From Catajapyx aquilonaris (Eukaryota): 64,000 nt of DNA. Positions 1-15,000 of this stretch are shown here, piece by piece; position 1 is the first letter of the stretch, and every line of letters starts with the position of its first letter. The stretch lies in NCBI GenBank assembly GCA_000934665.2, contig JYFJ02000286.1, positions 1 through 64,000 on the forward strand, given 5' to 3'. Below the pieces are notes generated by a model that saw only the letters and a program-made list of their open reading frames with translations, was not told the DNA's origin and searched no databases. The translations under genes were made by a program, and so were the position numbers.

Positions 1-3000
1 GTATATAGTTTTCACTATACGAAAGGGTTCAAAGTTCTCCAATAAAAGCACTGTATTTTGGGAAGGTACACTCTTAAAAATATTCGAGTACAAACTTCAT
101 ACCAAATATCATTTTCACGAGTGGATTGGACGCATTTCAACAATATTACTCAAAATGGCAATGACCAGTTTGAACCAAAGCTACTCCAAATATTTCACAA
201 CCAACAGTCATGCAATATCCTGGATAAATTGCATGTAACTTATTAGTCCACACAATAATTCCCTACGCACCTCGCTGTTCCAAGTGCGAACCTAATTTAA
301 ATAACAAAGAATAACGTGCAATTCGGCTGAGCTTCCATTACAATAAATTACTCTCACAAACGACTGTGCCATAAAACCCGGAAGGGTCAGTAGAAGATGG
401 CTGCTCTTATAATAACGATCGACCCCTGTATATATCGCACATTTGCAACTCACTCCAAAGCAACCAGCTTGTGAAGCAGTTTCGCCACTCCAATACAGCA
501 GTGACAGATTAATTGGAATCCAAGGCTGGTTGCCAGCAGAAAAGATGGAGTCGCAAGAGGAGGATTGCATAGCGATAAGGATGGAGGAGGGCTAACTAAC
601 TTCGGCTTCTCCTTGAACTTTCTGAGAGCCAGCTGGCTACTAATGTAATGATTATTATTGCGCAAGACGCTCGGGGGATCATTAAATCTAAGCCCCTTCG
701 GGGGGGTTATTACGCCTTTAAAGGCTGCGGGAGAATATTTAGAGCTCGGTGCAAAATGGCGGAATGGGGATTTGGGGTCGCAGATGGTTCCTTTCCTTTT
801 CACTTGGGAGGGGATCTTTTCCTTCAATTAAGGAGAAGGTTGGGGCTACGGCCGCGATGCACGCTTGTCGACTAATGTTCTTCCCGGTGAGCGAACAATT
901 ACTGTTGGCAGCACTCATTACCAACTGCCTGCACTCTACCGGGGTCCATCTTTTTCGCTTCGGATGCTGGAGACTAACTACGACGAAATCGTATCCGAAC
1001 AGCAAAGCATCACTCCACATTGACCATCCAGTCACTGGTTGGCTGATCCCAAAGCTGTGGGATCCATCTTCCACAAATTCATTTCACTCTAAAACAACAA
1101 TTACCTTGGGCAACCAATAATGGTCACCTAAATATGCAATCACACGCTGGTGAATTCTCTTCTTATTTCCCCTCTTCGTAATGGCTGCATTTTACGGCAC
1201 AGATTAACCTATTACTGCAACTAATAAATGTTTAACTGTGTTGCAATGTGCACAATCGAAGTTGGTGGCTGCAAAAATATAATGCACCACTGTAAAAGTG
1301 CCCTAACATCTCTGGAAGGTCAACCCTTACATTATACGCACGGTTTGCAATAAAAGTTGCGAGTAAGTATATTGTTTTACAAGTTACATACAACAGGATA
1401 AGCCAGTATGCTTGAGCAAATACATGAAAAAACTACTCAGTCATGGTGGTTCATTTATTCATACACGGTATAATAAGGCAGATGCTATTTTAAAACTAGC
1501 CATTCGCGGGAAATGATTCAATGGTAGTTCACATAAATGATGGGTCACTGTACTTAAAACATGCACCGTGAAACTTTCTCCCAGTGTTCGCATGTCCATT
1601 ACATGTATTTAAAGTCCACCAACGGCATCGTGAAATTATTAAGCGAGGAAACACGGTTAGTACGTAGTGTCAGACGCATACTGTGTAACTTGGAAGAGGC
1701 ATTGTTTATAGAAAAGCGCAACTATACATAACTGCATAGAAAATGGGAAGTGCCAAAAAGTTCCTCTAAACGGCTCAAGTAATTTACGAACGCCCTACAA
1801 CATTCAGCCATTTTTAATCCAACCGTATTGAAATCTCCGTCGACCTGCAAACCGTACATCTTCGAAATTGGTAAACTCCCGGAAGTTCCAAACATGCCGC
1901 CTCCCTTACGCTTTTATAAGTGAAACTTAACTACAGGCTTAGATTTAGCACACTTAATCTCTCGAGCCAAGACTCAAAATGCTCGCGACGATGATTTAAA
2001 AGCACCTAAAATGCATATCTAGTCCCATAACAAGGGGGCCTAAGAGTCATAACGAGGGACTTAGGGCTCAACTACAGCGTGTGATTTGAATTCATAAGAC
2101 ATGTGACACACAAGGGCATCGGGGATCCAAAAAATGTCCTCCCAAAAAAAGAGAAAATCCGTATCCCTCTCTGAGAGTCCCTTGCGAGCGAGATGGGACG
2201 CCTTTTATCGCTCTCCTTGTTGGCAGAAACGATCGCGGAAGCCATTATGCCGAGTAATCGTCTAACACAACTAGCACTGCAAATAAAGTTAATTAGCACG
2301 AAGCGGCGCCAAACGGCGCTCACGTGCGGGCCAACGTTCTGCACCTTTTCTCAGCCATTTCCCAGTGGAAGGTCACACACTGGACAAGGTGCACGACCTC
2401 ACACATGGGAACCACAGCCTTCTGTCATGGGCAATATCTAACCAGATAGCACAGCTTTGACTTATACCTACTTCATCAAACAACAGATTAGCAAATACTG
2501 GGGGTTTTACCATTGGAGACATAAATTGTCTTGCACTCAGCACAAATGAGTTCGAGGCAGTAGCTGCCCCACGGTACCATTTGGGAGCCCATTAGCCCTC
2601 GAAAGGACGACAATTCTGGCCGTAAATGCTAAACCTACTAATAGGCTATAAAGGTAGCCTATCTCAAGACATAAGATCGCACCGCTTTCTCGTATATGCA
2701 TAATTCTATTTGCAGAGGTCGTCCACAAGCCCTGAATATCCAGTAAGTGTCCTCTGGCCCGCAAGGTCAGATAGCTCCAAATAAGTGGGGACACCGGTGG
2801 TACAGCCCCACACAGGTATACAGCATGCCGTGCACTTCCTTTCAAGCACGGACCTGTTTATCACCGTGCCTTGTCCGGACGTGAACGTGTTCGGACGCTA
2901 TACGTCACGACCGCCCCGTCCGAACACGACATCCCTGCTGCATATACACTGCGTTTGTGCCACGCAAACCACGCGCTTAGATGTCCCAGATCGGCGTCTC

Positions 3001-6000
3001 TGGGCGGTGGCCAATTATTCGGCCCCTTTGACACCGCCCCGATCCTTTTAATTAGAGGAAAAACCCAGTGCCGAGGATGGGGTTGAGGCAACCTCGACTT
3101 GGTGTGTACTGCATACTTTTAGCAAAGCCGCAGGAGCCTTCTTCGCCGGCGGCCAATTGCAAATGCCGGTCTTGCCCGTATTGATTAGGCTTTCAACTGG
3201 CACTTCATATCCGACGACGTTGCGCAGTTGCCCCCCAACCAAGGGTCTAATTAGCCCCACAATGTACCACCAAAAGAGTTACTACCCCCCTCTTAGCAGT
3301 TCCCTCATACAATCTTATGTGCTGTAGATTTAAGATTATATGCCTGAGGTCAATGACTGGACATTAAGGCGGTTCAACAAACTGATACTGTATATACCAC
3401 CCTTTTTCAAAGGAGAATTTCTCATTAGTCTACTTTCTGGGGGGTTATTATTATATGGCTACATGTCACTGCTGGAAAAAGATCTAAGATTGGCAAGTTG
3501 TTTCTCACGTGAACAGTAATGTGCGTTAGGATTCACAGACGCATCTGACATCAGCGCGGGAAATAAAATCCCCTGGCGTTGACCTAAATTAATTTAAAGT
3601 GGTTAATTATGCACTGCACATTTTGTCGTGTTTATGCACAATGCAATCAATGGGAAAAAAACAGATGCGGGAGAATGTGATGGGGTGCCAGACACAACGA
3701 CAAATCGAATCACTTTACAGCTATAGGCAGTATGAAAGACCATATTGCAGTTTCAAAAACCGCGAATTCCAAAAATTAATTGCCCGCATTTTCTGGCCAT
3801 TCTACCAAGTTTATGACCAGCATACGAAAAAAAAAAAAGCATCAAGTGTTTTCAAATCGATCCTCGTGTTTCAAAGCCCCGAGTATTTACAAGGACCGCC
3901 AATGCATATACCACGAGTGAAATTCAAAACAGTATTGATGTATCCTCTGGCTCGGTTGTCGCATATTTAAATTCTACGTGTTCTCTTTGACCGAACGTCT
4001 GTTAGCATTGGCCGTCATTGCACTCTCGAAACCCTCTAATTTTGCTTGACTGGTGATCGCTGCGTCATCTGTGGCGGCAGTAACTTTTTTTTTGACAAAA
4101 AAAAAGCACACAGTTTGCATGCCATTTGGCATGGACCAGTTTTAAAACAGCGTGTATATTTCATCCGCAACGGTTGTTTGAAGTTGCTCTCATCATTTTT
4201 GGACACCTTGCATAATATGATGTATGGGCCTGGAGTGTTCATGCAACATGGTATATTGGATGCTCGCTCATGTTTTGCAGCCTCAGGAGACGCCACCTAT
4301 AAGTCTCCAGAAGTTTTGCCGAGCTTCGGGATAGAGTCACAGGCTGTCCCAGGATGGTACCTTAATTGAAAATGTCTCAAGAGACAGCTTTCAAAATTCA
4401 GCCACTTTATTGCCTTCCTTTCCAGATGCACTGCCGCCAATGCTGCCAAGCCACGAACAAAATAATTTTTATTACATTTTGCAATTAATTCACACTTATC
4501 CAGTACCACTCGGAAGTACTGCAGATTTGTCAAGGAAGAGCACAAATCAAATGGTTGTTTCTGGGGGGGAATTTCCTCTCCATAATCCGGGGCTCGCAGC
4601 CTCCGGTTCTAATCCTTCCTTTCGGAGTCCGGGGCGACCTCACGATAAATTCATGGCGAGTTCTGGTGCCAGGCTGCGTTTGTTTGTCCCCGAAAAGCAC
4701 GGGTTTCCGGAGAACTTGGCTGACTGACGTGGAAGATGGCCGCTTCCAGATTTTGATTGCTCCTCGACTTCCCGAGGTGTTTGTGGAGCCATTTAAAAAC
4801 ATGAGGGGGATTGGGGGAGGCCCCCGGAAATTCCGGTAAAGGTCCCGACGCCACAATTTCCCATCCGCGATTAAGAAAGCACACAATTCCTTCAGAATGG
4901 AACCTGAATTTTCTCTCCTTTTGTCCTTTCAGACCATTCATTCGGCTTAAATTGAAACTTCCTACATTACGTGGCCTTTATTACATTTTTTTTTTCTCGC
5001 GCTCTCTCGCTCTCTGTTGGGTAAATTTTTTATGCGGTTGTCGGCCCGATGTTTCTTTGCCCCGCGCTTAAACGGATTTTTCGCTGGGCCTGTTTACCTC
5101 TAACTAGAATTCACTTTGAGCCTGAAAAAGTACAGTTATTAACTTTACAGATTAAAACTGCAGGTTCTGAAAAAATGAACGCGGGTGTTGATGCCAAAGT
5201 GTAAACAGTCGTTAAATGTACAGTCCTACAAAGTAAAAAATGTCCAACTCGCCCTGATCTTCAGGGAACGACAGTTTATTAAATGTCTAAGCACAAACGT
5301 GTACACAGTGGCCTACTGTACGCTTTTAGGTCCCACTGCAAAAGCAGCCGACAATTACTGCGATAACAAGTGCGGTTAAGTGTAAAAAATAAACATGTTA
5401 CGCATAAGTTAGACTGTGTTACTGAATCCCACATCAGAAATTATACATTATGCACTTCTGGCAGAGGTTGGGCCAAGGTCTTATGTAAAGTAGAAAAAGA
5501 AAAACCGCGTCGAGGAAAAAGTCTACACTGTAATTTAGCACGGTAATAATGTAGGCGCAGACCTACATTGCTTATGGGTTTCGTACTGAAAGGTACAGTG
5601 CAACATAAGCTTGTCAAAAAGGTGCGCCAGTCGCCTGGAATTTAGGTTCCTTTCGAAATCATACGAAGCAATTGCTCTAGTTGATTGCAAAGATTTACAC
5701 TCAAAACACCCTGTATCGCTGCATACATGATAGATTCAGAACAAGTCTGGCGGTATCGTAAATTCTGACAGTTTTGAGCCCTCAGTATAGCATTCCATTG
5801 CTATATTACTATAGCTGACCCCTAATTGGTGCGGATCAATCAATTCGCCAATCAATCATGCAAAGACGTTGCGTGAATTTTATCTACGCTATATTTAAAA
5901 AAAGGAACAGCCCAATATACACTACATGCCCATGCCTTGAACATGTACCGCATTATGCAATAATGCACTTCCCTTAAGGAAATGTGTGCTTAAGTTACCA

Positions 6001-9000
6001 ACAACCAATGATTACACCTCTCACGTGTCTCGTAAGATACATGACCAGAATATGGCTCCCAGATGTAGCTATATTCTCCTTACTCGCCCTAGTTGGATCA
6101 GGGCTTGTATAACGGATCTAGGGACGTCATATATTCATCATGTTCTCTGAGTGCAGTGGGGTCACTCACATCCAAAACCCAGTAAGCTCATAACTTTCCA
6201 GCTAGCACTCGGAAAATAATGCACATGCGGCCAGAATGAAAGATTGCACCAAGTCTAAAAACCACCGCCACAACTGATCGATGTTTCTGCGTGTTCACAT
6301 TGGTGTTACATCCATATTACACACCGGTCAAGTCCGTAACATGTCGCCTTTTTGCAGGTTTTACATGCTGTCACATCAATTTACCTGTAATGGAAGAATT
6401 GCCGACACGAAATGCTTCTCAAGGTTCGTTTTTTTTTGGTAGTTATTACTACTTCTTTGTTTCTTTTCAGCACAGGCGCTCCTTTTTTATAGGTCGTATT
6501 AATAGCGAGCTGAAAGCGCTTCAAGGGGCAATTGTTCCACGCCAGTAATCTTGGTTTTCAAAAGTCATTCTCACAAGTAAAAGCCTTTTTGACTACAAGA
6601 TTTCAGATATAGACCTACCTCTCACATAATACAACCGTTATCTCCTTCAAATTCGTATATGCTCCAACGCCTAGGTATATCAGCAGAAACGCTTATTGCT
6701 AAGAGGCATTTGAGATGTTTCAGCTTGTGCATCAAGGAGGTGCTCCATTACTCGAGCAGTAAGCCTGTACAGTTAACGGGCAGTTGAAACTCCTCAGAGA
6801 ATAATCTCCGCTGGAGAAAATCGTCCAATCATCACTCCTGCAATCTCTCCCTCAGCTCTCATTATCCTCACTTCTTTTCCTTCATCCCTGGAACGTGCTT
6901 CCAACTCCAAAGGACCAACTACCCCTTCCAAAAAAAAACACACAAAAAAATCAAATTTTCCATTCAACCACTCTATACATACTTCGCTAAAAAAAAGTGG
7001 CTCGTTTTGTTAACAGTGCGCATGAGATGTAAACATGTGCTAATGCCACAACGGAGTTGGCACGCAAATTTAATTCATACACAACAATGGGCGGTAACTT
7101 CCAGTTAACACCACACTTTCCGCTCAAATGGCCCATTTTTGGCCGGCGCAAAAATGATGCCCCGCAATGAAACTAAGTTGATCACGACGCAGCCACCCGT
7201 AATGACGATTTCCGGAACCCCGGAAAACGAGGTCCAGCAAACAAAACACGCGCTATCATCCCCGAAACCCGGCCACACGCTGTAAAGAATAGTTCATTAT
7301 ATTTTTTTCCCCCCGTCGGAGGGGGGGATGGACTATAGGTCCACAGGGTGTTGCTACAAGACCCGATCGAATCCCGATCCAACTAAATCGAGAGGCATTT
7401 CATTAGCAGGGGGGGACGCTAACGAGCGCTCAATGCCTCACACATATGACTTACACGTCCAGCGTATGTGTGTATGTGTGTGACATGTTCTACCCCCCAC
7501 CCCCCTCTAATCAAAAGCACGTCCCGCCATAAAAATAGAATGGGGGGGGGGGGGGCCTCCCCGAAAAAATGTTTGCTCATATTTCGGCCCACAATGGCTC
7601 CGGTCCCAGGCCTCTCAACCTTCCCACGTTTTATGCCATTTATTATTAATTCGACCCCCCACCCCCCATCCCATCCTAGCCGCCCCCTCGCCTAACATGA
7701 GGAGGTGGGGAGGCAAGATTATAGCTGATTGATCACACGTCCAATTAATTTTGATGCATGTGGCCCCCCAGATTCAGGGGTGCATTACTGGGCCTGCGCA
7801 TTTGTTACTAGACGATTATAGGATGGGGGCAGGGCTATTTTTACCCAATAAATCCCCTTCGCACGGACTTATTGCATAACGCAGTAAATTAGTAATTCCA
7901 TTCTGCTTTGCTGATGTCTGATATGGGAGACCAGAGCTATGCATTACGTAACTTTTTAGTGATAATAGACACGTCAGGTTGTGTTATTGCGGTGTTACAT
8001 CCTGAAAACGAGGTCTTACCGCGTATTTCCGTATTTATATATCGGGCTGGTATGTATGCTGCGTTCCTACTAAAGTGTTCCAAGAATGTACCAACGGGCT
8101 TGGAAGTTGTCTATAGTATTACAACTTGGTGTTTAGTTGCTGAGTGGTGTAGTTCGGGATCTAACTAGACGGATTTGGTTCGAACTTGGACCAATGCATT
8201 TGTTTATGTTTTGAGTGATTTTTCACTCAAGATTCTCTATGAAAGTTTAAAAAAAAGTCCAATGCTATATTTTTGAAGGTTTTTCTGGGTGGTAATTATG
8301 GAATAATGTATAGGGATATCGTCAAGGATATCGTGGCTTTTCCACAATTTTACGGTAATGTGCACACTGTAAGCTCGGCTATCCACATGTTTGATTAGTT
8401 ACGTACTTCCGTACCTTCAACCAGGATGTTTATATGCCGGCAGCAAGGTAGGATAATAAGTGAATAATGCATATCTCAGTAAGTGTTCAGAAGAGTCCGT
8501 ATCCTCATTTTACAAAAAAAAAATCCAGAAAAAAAAACAATATAGATCCGGTAGTGGCCAATAAGCAAGACTAATGATAAGAAAGACACAGATAGCATCC
8601 TACAATTGATTCCTATTCGCAATCCCTTTATTGAAGGGTACTTTATAATCACTGTAACTGTATACATTTGAGAAACTTGTGGGCTAAAAATGGCAGCATC
8701 CAGAAGTGCACTACTGCATTCTAGAGAACACTGATTTAAGGGATAACAACGTTCCTTGTCATGTTCTCCTGCTAAAAAATTCTAAAAATAAAGCCAGGAT
8801 TATCCCGAGGAACAAATCCAATCACCCCCAGCTGAGGTCGCTTTTCCTCGCCATATTGATTGATAAAGGCGTAATATGATCACCCGGAAATATAGGTCAT
8901 GGCATTTCCCGAAAACCCGGCACCGTAGAGTTTATCCACCCCACCAAAGTAGATGCGGGTAAGGAATCTGGTGAATTATGCAGATGACTGGAAGAAAGTT

Positions 9001-12000
9001 GTGTCTGCGACGGGGAATTTGGTATAATCCGGACCCAAAAGAACGATACTTCTAAAAAGTTGTCCTTGCAGTTATCCAATTACGGCGGCGCCTCATTAAT
9101 CCGGAGGCGATATGAAACATCCGTGCCAGCATATATTCCACGGTCCATGAGCTTATTTCTTTTCTTCTTTCTCCATATACCTTCCTCCCAAATACCTTCC
9201 CCGTTCCAATTCGCCCCATCTATTTATTTCCACCATTAGCCCCTTCCAGACCTTAATAACCCCACATATTTCACCTCTGAAGTTTTATTTCACGCGGAAA
9301 AATTAACTCTAGGAGTAAGAATGAAAGGTGCCAGACAATGTTTTATTGCTCGTTTCAGCCACTTCGTTTACATGTTAATTCGCGAATTAATCGTGAGTCG
9401 TGACATGCCAACTTTTCAGTCAATCGCTTCTTACTACATTTTGGTAGGCTATATGCGGAATAGAAGAAAAAAGATTTTATCCATATCAGCCATTGCCAAT
9501 TTAAAATGGGCTTCACATTTTTACATTAGTGCATGTGATGGCTAAATATGGCCATATTCCAAATTCACAAAAAGTACACAGCACTAGGTGTGCCAAAAAA
9601 TGTGTGGTTGAGATGTACACGACAGACACCGCGGAAGAAACATTCCCGAAGTTATTCTTGTGCTCCAAACATGCCTCTCTGTCAATCAAGACATTCTTAG
9701 CAGATTCCATGGGATAGTCCCCAGTAGAAATTAAATGAAGTAAATGCGGAAAATTGACCATGACTAACGGGTTTGTTGTTATAACATTCACGCTGGATTT
9801 AAGGTTGAGTAAGTCAACAAATACTTTCCTAGCATGACAAGACACACTGTGCCTTCTCGTGGCATGTCATTTCATTCCTTAGTTGTAACGTCACACTACT
9901 TTATATCAGAAGACAGATTATCTGTTATGCCAAAATGACCAGCTCCATTTTGGCGAAATAAAGAACTGGAACAATTTAGGCGTATGCTCTCAAAAATGCT
10001 GTAGTGATTTCACACATAGTAATGGCCATCCTTAACATAAACGTACTTCCAATTTCATGAATTAAACCATAATTATACATAAACCAATAATATTATGTAT
10101 CGGCTGTATCATCAATCACCCCCCCACCCTCGCCCAACAAATTAATGTTGTAAATCCCAGCCTATGACTACAGCATTAATATGATTATCAGTCAGTCAAG
10201 CGGTCATTGGCATTTTCCATGCAGCGTCCTCCTGGGGAAATATTCATAATTATTTTCACACGCCTGCATTAGCGCTTCGACGCAGAATCTAAGGCTTGGT
10301 ATTTATGAACCGTAATGAACTCCTAATTAGTTCCTTGTACAAAGTTTTGAAATCCAGCTTGTGCACTAACTTTGACAATCGTAAGCTGTGGATTCATAAG
10401 CAAAAACACGAAATTGCTAACATAACTAACATCCCATATTCGATATAAAGTTCAGAGTAGAATGTTGCGTAAGATATGTCAGAAATAATTTTACAACAAT
10501 TTTTTATGACAGTTTCTACCTTTTCAACCTACACATGGTATAGTAGACTATGCATGGAGTCAGTCCACATTTTGGACTCCCTTTCTGTTATTTTCTCTCA
10601 AAATCTGGCATTGTCAAAACTTGCGGGCCCAGGAAAATGTAGCGACATGACATTCTCACGGTCCTAATTTAGCAAAATAAATGCTCATAACCCAGGTTGC
10701 ACATGCAAGCTCCCCAAAATTTCTTTCATCCAACCCAACAGACCTTGCGATTCGCAAACCCCAACTCGTTAGCGCCACTTCCTGACCAGGTTTGGAGGCC
10801 ACAATGAAACAAGTTGAGGGGCCCGCCAGGCCCTCACAAGGGAACCATTTCCAAAGCAAGGAAGAGGTTGAGGTGAGCAACGTCCGGTGTTGAACACGAA
10901 AGTGGTTTAACGGGCTCTCCCGAAATGCATCTCGGGAGCGCTTAACTGACGCGGTCTTAATTTCCTTATTAACCGCAGCTCCTTTGTACCCGGCCTGGAA
11001 ATGACTTCTAATGGACGTAAGTGACACTCAACGCGACCCCTTCAAAATGTTGTCTCTCTTATTATACGCACGTGCAGATGACGACCCTACTTTTTGCCCT
11101 GTTAAGAATTACGACTCTATGGTATGCCGGTCTGACACCATTGGCACTCTTTCAGTTACTTCCTCAACTATGTGTCGCCATTTTTCCATATTATCGTACT
11201 AAAAGTCGTGATACCGTGTCCGGCAAAAAAGGACCAATTTGTCAGCTGAAGTTATAGGCTGTAAATCTATCCTTGACAAATTCATTCTCTTCTGAGAAGT
11301 TCGGATGATGCCCCCACTGCAGCAGTGGCAAAAAATGGCAGCAATTTCGCTAAGACACTTGGTGTAACTCGGGTCAACTTGTCTAGATGGGGCTGAAGTA
11401 TAACGGGACAACCAACAAAATATCGTGCATAAGGGCGTCTATTTAATTGGTACCCTCAAGAATGCTGGAAGGCTGGGAGGTTATTATTTTTTAAATCAAT
11501 AATTTGTACTTCATTATGAATCAGCACAAAATGTCATATAACACCATACTGGTAATCCATAAGTTAGACCAAACTTCGTAATGCCGTACACAATCTGGTG
11601 AATTTACGTCGCCGAGCTTGGCACTGCAAACACTAATTAACTTTGAGCCTCACAATGTGAAAGTATGAATTACTTTTATTTATCGATTGGCTTATGGCCA
11701 ATAACTGCAAACTTTCCCCCCCACCCCCTCAGACTTTCCCAACACTATTCGATTTTCCGCTAGTCCAATATTTTCTGCAATATACCGAGCAATACCGGGA
11801 TGACATTCAATATTCCTTTTATAAACTCTGCAAGTATTTTGTTCCCTCCCAAAGTTACAAATCGAGCCCGAAACGTAATAAATGAAGATTCGAGGGAGAA
11901 TACAGGAAACATGCAGTTGGCGGGCGAATAAATCCGGGATTAAAATCCAAATCCGGGCGTAAGTCCTCTTATCATGCAGTACTCATCACGTCGATTAGTA

Positions 12001-15000
12001 CACCGGAATCATTTCCCAAAAAGCCCACCGTAAGCCGCTTGAGGATACAAGTGGACATATCCTGCCTACATGAAGCTTATCTGAGTTGCCTCGTAATAGA
12101 GACCAAAATCTGATTTTACCTCCCGATACGGTCCTAGCCGAAATGTACAATCGGCAAGTGCCACTCCATAAAATGTCAACCACCCTCAGAAATTTATTGT
12201 CATCACTTGTCATCACGTCGACGTTATCGCTGATTCATGGCTAATGTTCAGCAATCGAATCCTTCGCTTTCCCCCCCTCCCCTCCCCTTCATTCGAATTT
12301 GGATCGAATTACCGCATTGTATACAAAAAATTGATCAATTCAACCAAGGCCGATAGCATGACCAGTTGAAAACATGCAAAGATTAATTGAGGCAGGCGTT
12401 ATTTCTGGATGGAATTAGTGTGACTCCTTGGTCCAGGCCAAGGCTGAAGAAGAACGCTTTCATCACTCGGAATTGCTTAATGAAGAAAGCAGAAGTTCCT
12501 TCGCCAAACATCCTCCTCATCAATTTTGCACACTCTGGTCCCTTCTTCTGGAAAACTAGTTAGTGAAAAGTCTCCAGACTGGAATTAATCAGGCGTGTAT
12601 TCATGCTGTGTGAATAAGAGTAACTGCTAATGCAAATGATTTGCCCATCATTAAAGCTTCCCGAAATACTACAATGAGAAATAATATTATCAGTCCTGAT
12701 GTGACGTCATAATTCCAATTGACTATAATAAAAATTGTATAAATAACTGAATCATGACGAGCTGGTTCACATGCGAAAAGAAATACATCACGAAGGTCAT
12801 ATTTCAGAGGCAGTTAGGTACAACTGCATTTTTTTTGTTTTATCATGTATTTTCCAAAAGTTAACTTCAATATACAAAGTTCACTTTTACATGGTGATTT
12901 TCAGTATGTTAATAGTTTTAAGTACAGGCCTCCGTATATTAGTCATGTCAAGTCATCAACATAAATGTCATCTGCTGCATGTTTGAAAAATCCCGCAGAA
13001 CTCTTCCCCGCTAATATTTCGTTCTCACATAATATTGCGTTCAGGATACAGATATTTAGTTCCGTAAATATTTGCGCAGCGGTATTTTTAGCGGCACTTT
13101 TTGTGGATTCCTATCCACCGTCTTCTCAGAAAGTTTTATGATGATGATTCATGTCTCAATTTCTAAAGGGCTCTTTGTGCCAATACTGTTCATATACTGT
13201 ATGATAGTGTTCATTTCCTGCTTAACGTATAGGAATTCAAGATGAACCTTACCGCTAGCGATATTCTTTAATCATATCTTTCACTAATCACGTACTTTCC
13301 AATTAAGAAAGAGGTGTGTCAATGCAGATCATCTGAACAAAAAGCCTAAAACATGTGCATATGTATACCAATTTATGATCGGAATTTCGTTTTATACAAC
13401 AAGAACATCCAACCACCTCTCTGTAATTCACCTATAACAGGGAGCATCGCAAAATACCAAACCATCCACGAATGTAAATCAAGCTAAACCCGAATCCTGC
13501 TTAACCCTGTAAGCAGTGTTTACTTAATATCCGGCTCACGTTGATCAAGCCCCCCCATCTTAGTCTCGTCACCTCAAGTTCTACTCCGTGACACACCTAC
13601 ATCCAAGCAGAGAAGGGGGGGCCACCTTCCAAGGTAAGACGTCGGCCAGTTTATGCTGGATTAGCGACAAAGTTGTTCTTGCCAACCACCCTCCCGCAGC
13701 AGAACCTGTGGAACATATCCCGGACCATAAATGAGGCCTAGTTGAGGTTAGTATCTGCAAGCAGCTCCTTTGCCGGAGTAACTCATCCGGCAGAGACACA
13801 GCCCACTAATTACACTCCCAGGAGAGGCAGAAATGGGAGGCTGCCGTAAAGAAGGAGCCTGCCAGATGGGATCCCATAATTGTCGCCATGATCCTATGTA
13901 TCCGTAGAAGCCTGCGAGTCCAAGGATTCGAGGGCCTCTTTAGATTTGGCTCGTAAAACAAGCGCATTAGGCGCTCCTTGCTCATTAAGCCCTCCCTGGA
14001 TCCCCCTGAGGGACGACTCGTCTCGGTGATGAATTCGCAGTCACGTCCTCTTTACCTTCCTTCTTACCTTTGTTCCAATCTGCACTGGAGATAAGTCTGC
14101 AACTTTTGTGGTCGGGCCTGGGACAGGCCTAGGTCTTGATCAGATGCTAGCAAGCGAGCGGAGTAAACGGGAATGGAATGAGAGTGACGTCGAAAAGGAA
14201 GCAGCTCGTCCAAGTAATTACCCCGACCTCTTGTCTACCCCCGCCAGATAGGATTAATTTGCAGCCCCTTTCCCCCCAGACCGTGTTGGAAACGCTCCAT
14301 TCAATTTGGTGCAACAACCAAATTTACAGGGAGGTAGAGTCCCACTGAGCAAATACCCAGGGCCTGCTTCCTATTCATGTCAATCAAGTGGACAACTCAA
14401 GACCACTAGGACGGTGGAGGAGGGGGGCTGTAAGTGGCAAATCACACGAATTGGATGGGGCAAGAGTAATGAGCGCGACAAGGGCGACTGTCCACAGATT
14501 TCCTGATTATAATAAAAGATTCCTCTGGTTCTCATTCGCCCGTCCCTAGCAAAGTATGCCCAGAGGCCAGCACTTTATCATTCTAATTTTACGCTGCATG
14601 CATATGCAAATAGTCCTAGGTGCAGTAAATCCGCTAAATCCTGTTAACACTTCAAACGGTGTCTCGAGTTTACTCTTAATACTGGGCGTGAAGGCAAAAT
14701 TACTGTAATTACCGCACTTCATATTTAAATGTAGTGTTGCCGATTGCCTGAAGCCTGCTTTAGCACATCACAGCTGGGCCGATTCACACGCAATATAATT
14801 TTTTGAAGGGGATTGGCAATTTCGCAGGAGTATAAAACAACCACTAAACAAAAGCAACAACTCTATAATTTCCGTACCAGGGTTCGATCCCCACAGCCCC
14901 TGCATTTATCGCCTGGATTGTGTTAGTTGGTACGGTCCGGGGGCAATGTACTGTACAGTGCCAACGAGCATTTAAGTTATGCGGATAGAAATGAATCAGC

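Noticed and set aside
8130..8192. tRNA-like A/B-box sequences (also ~14880 and ~57770-57800)
   Set aside because: No cloverleaf can be drawn; at most these are decayed SINE heads, so no tRNA gene is called.
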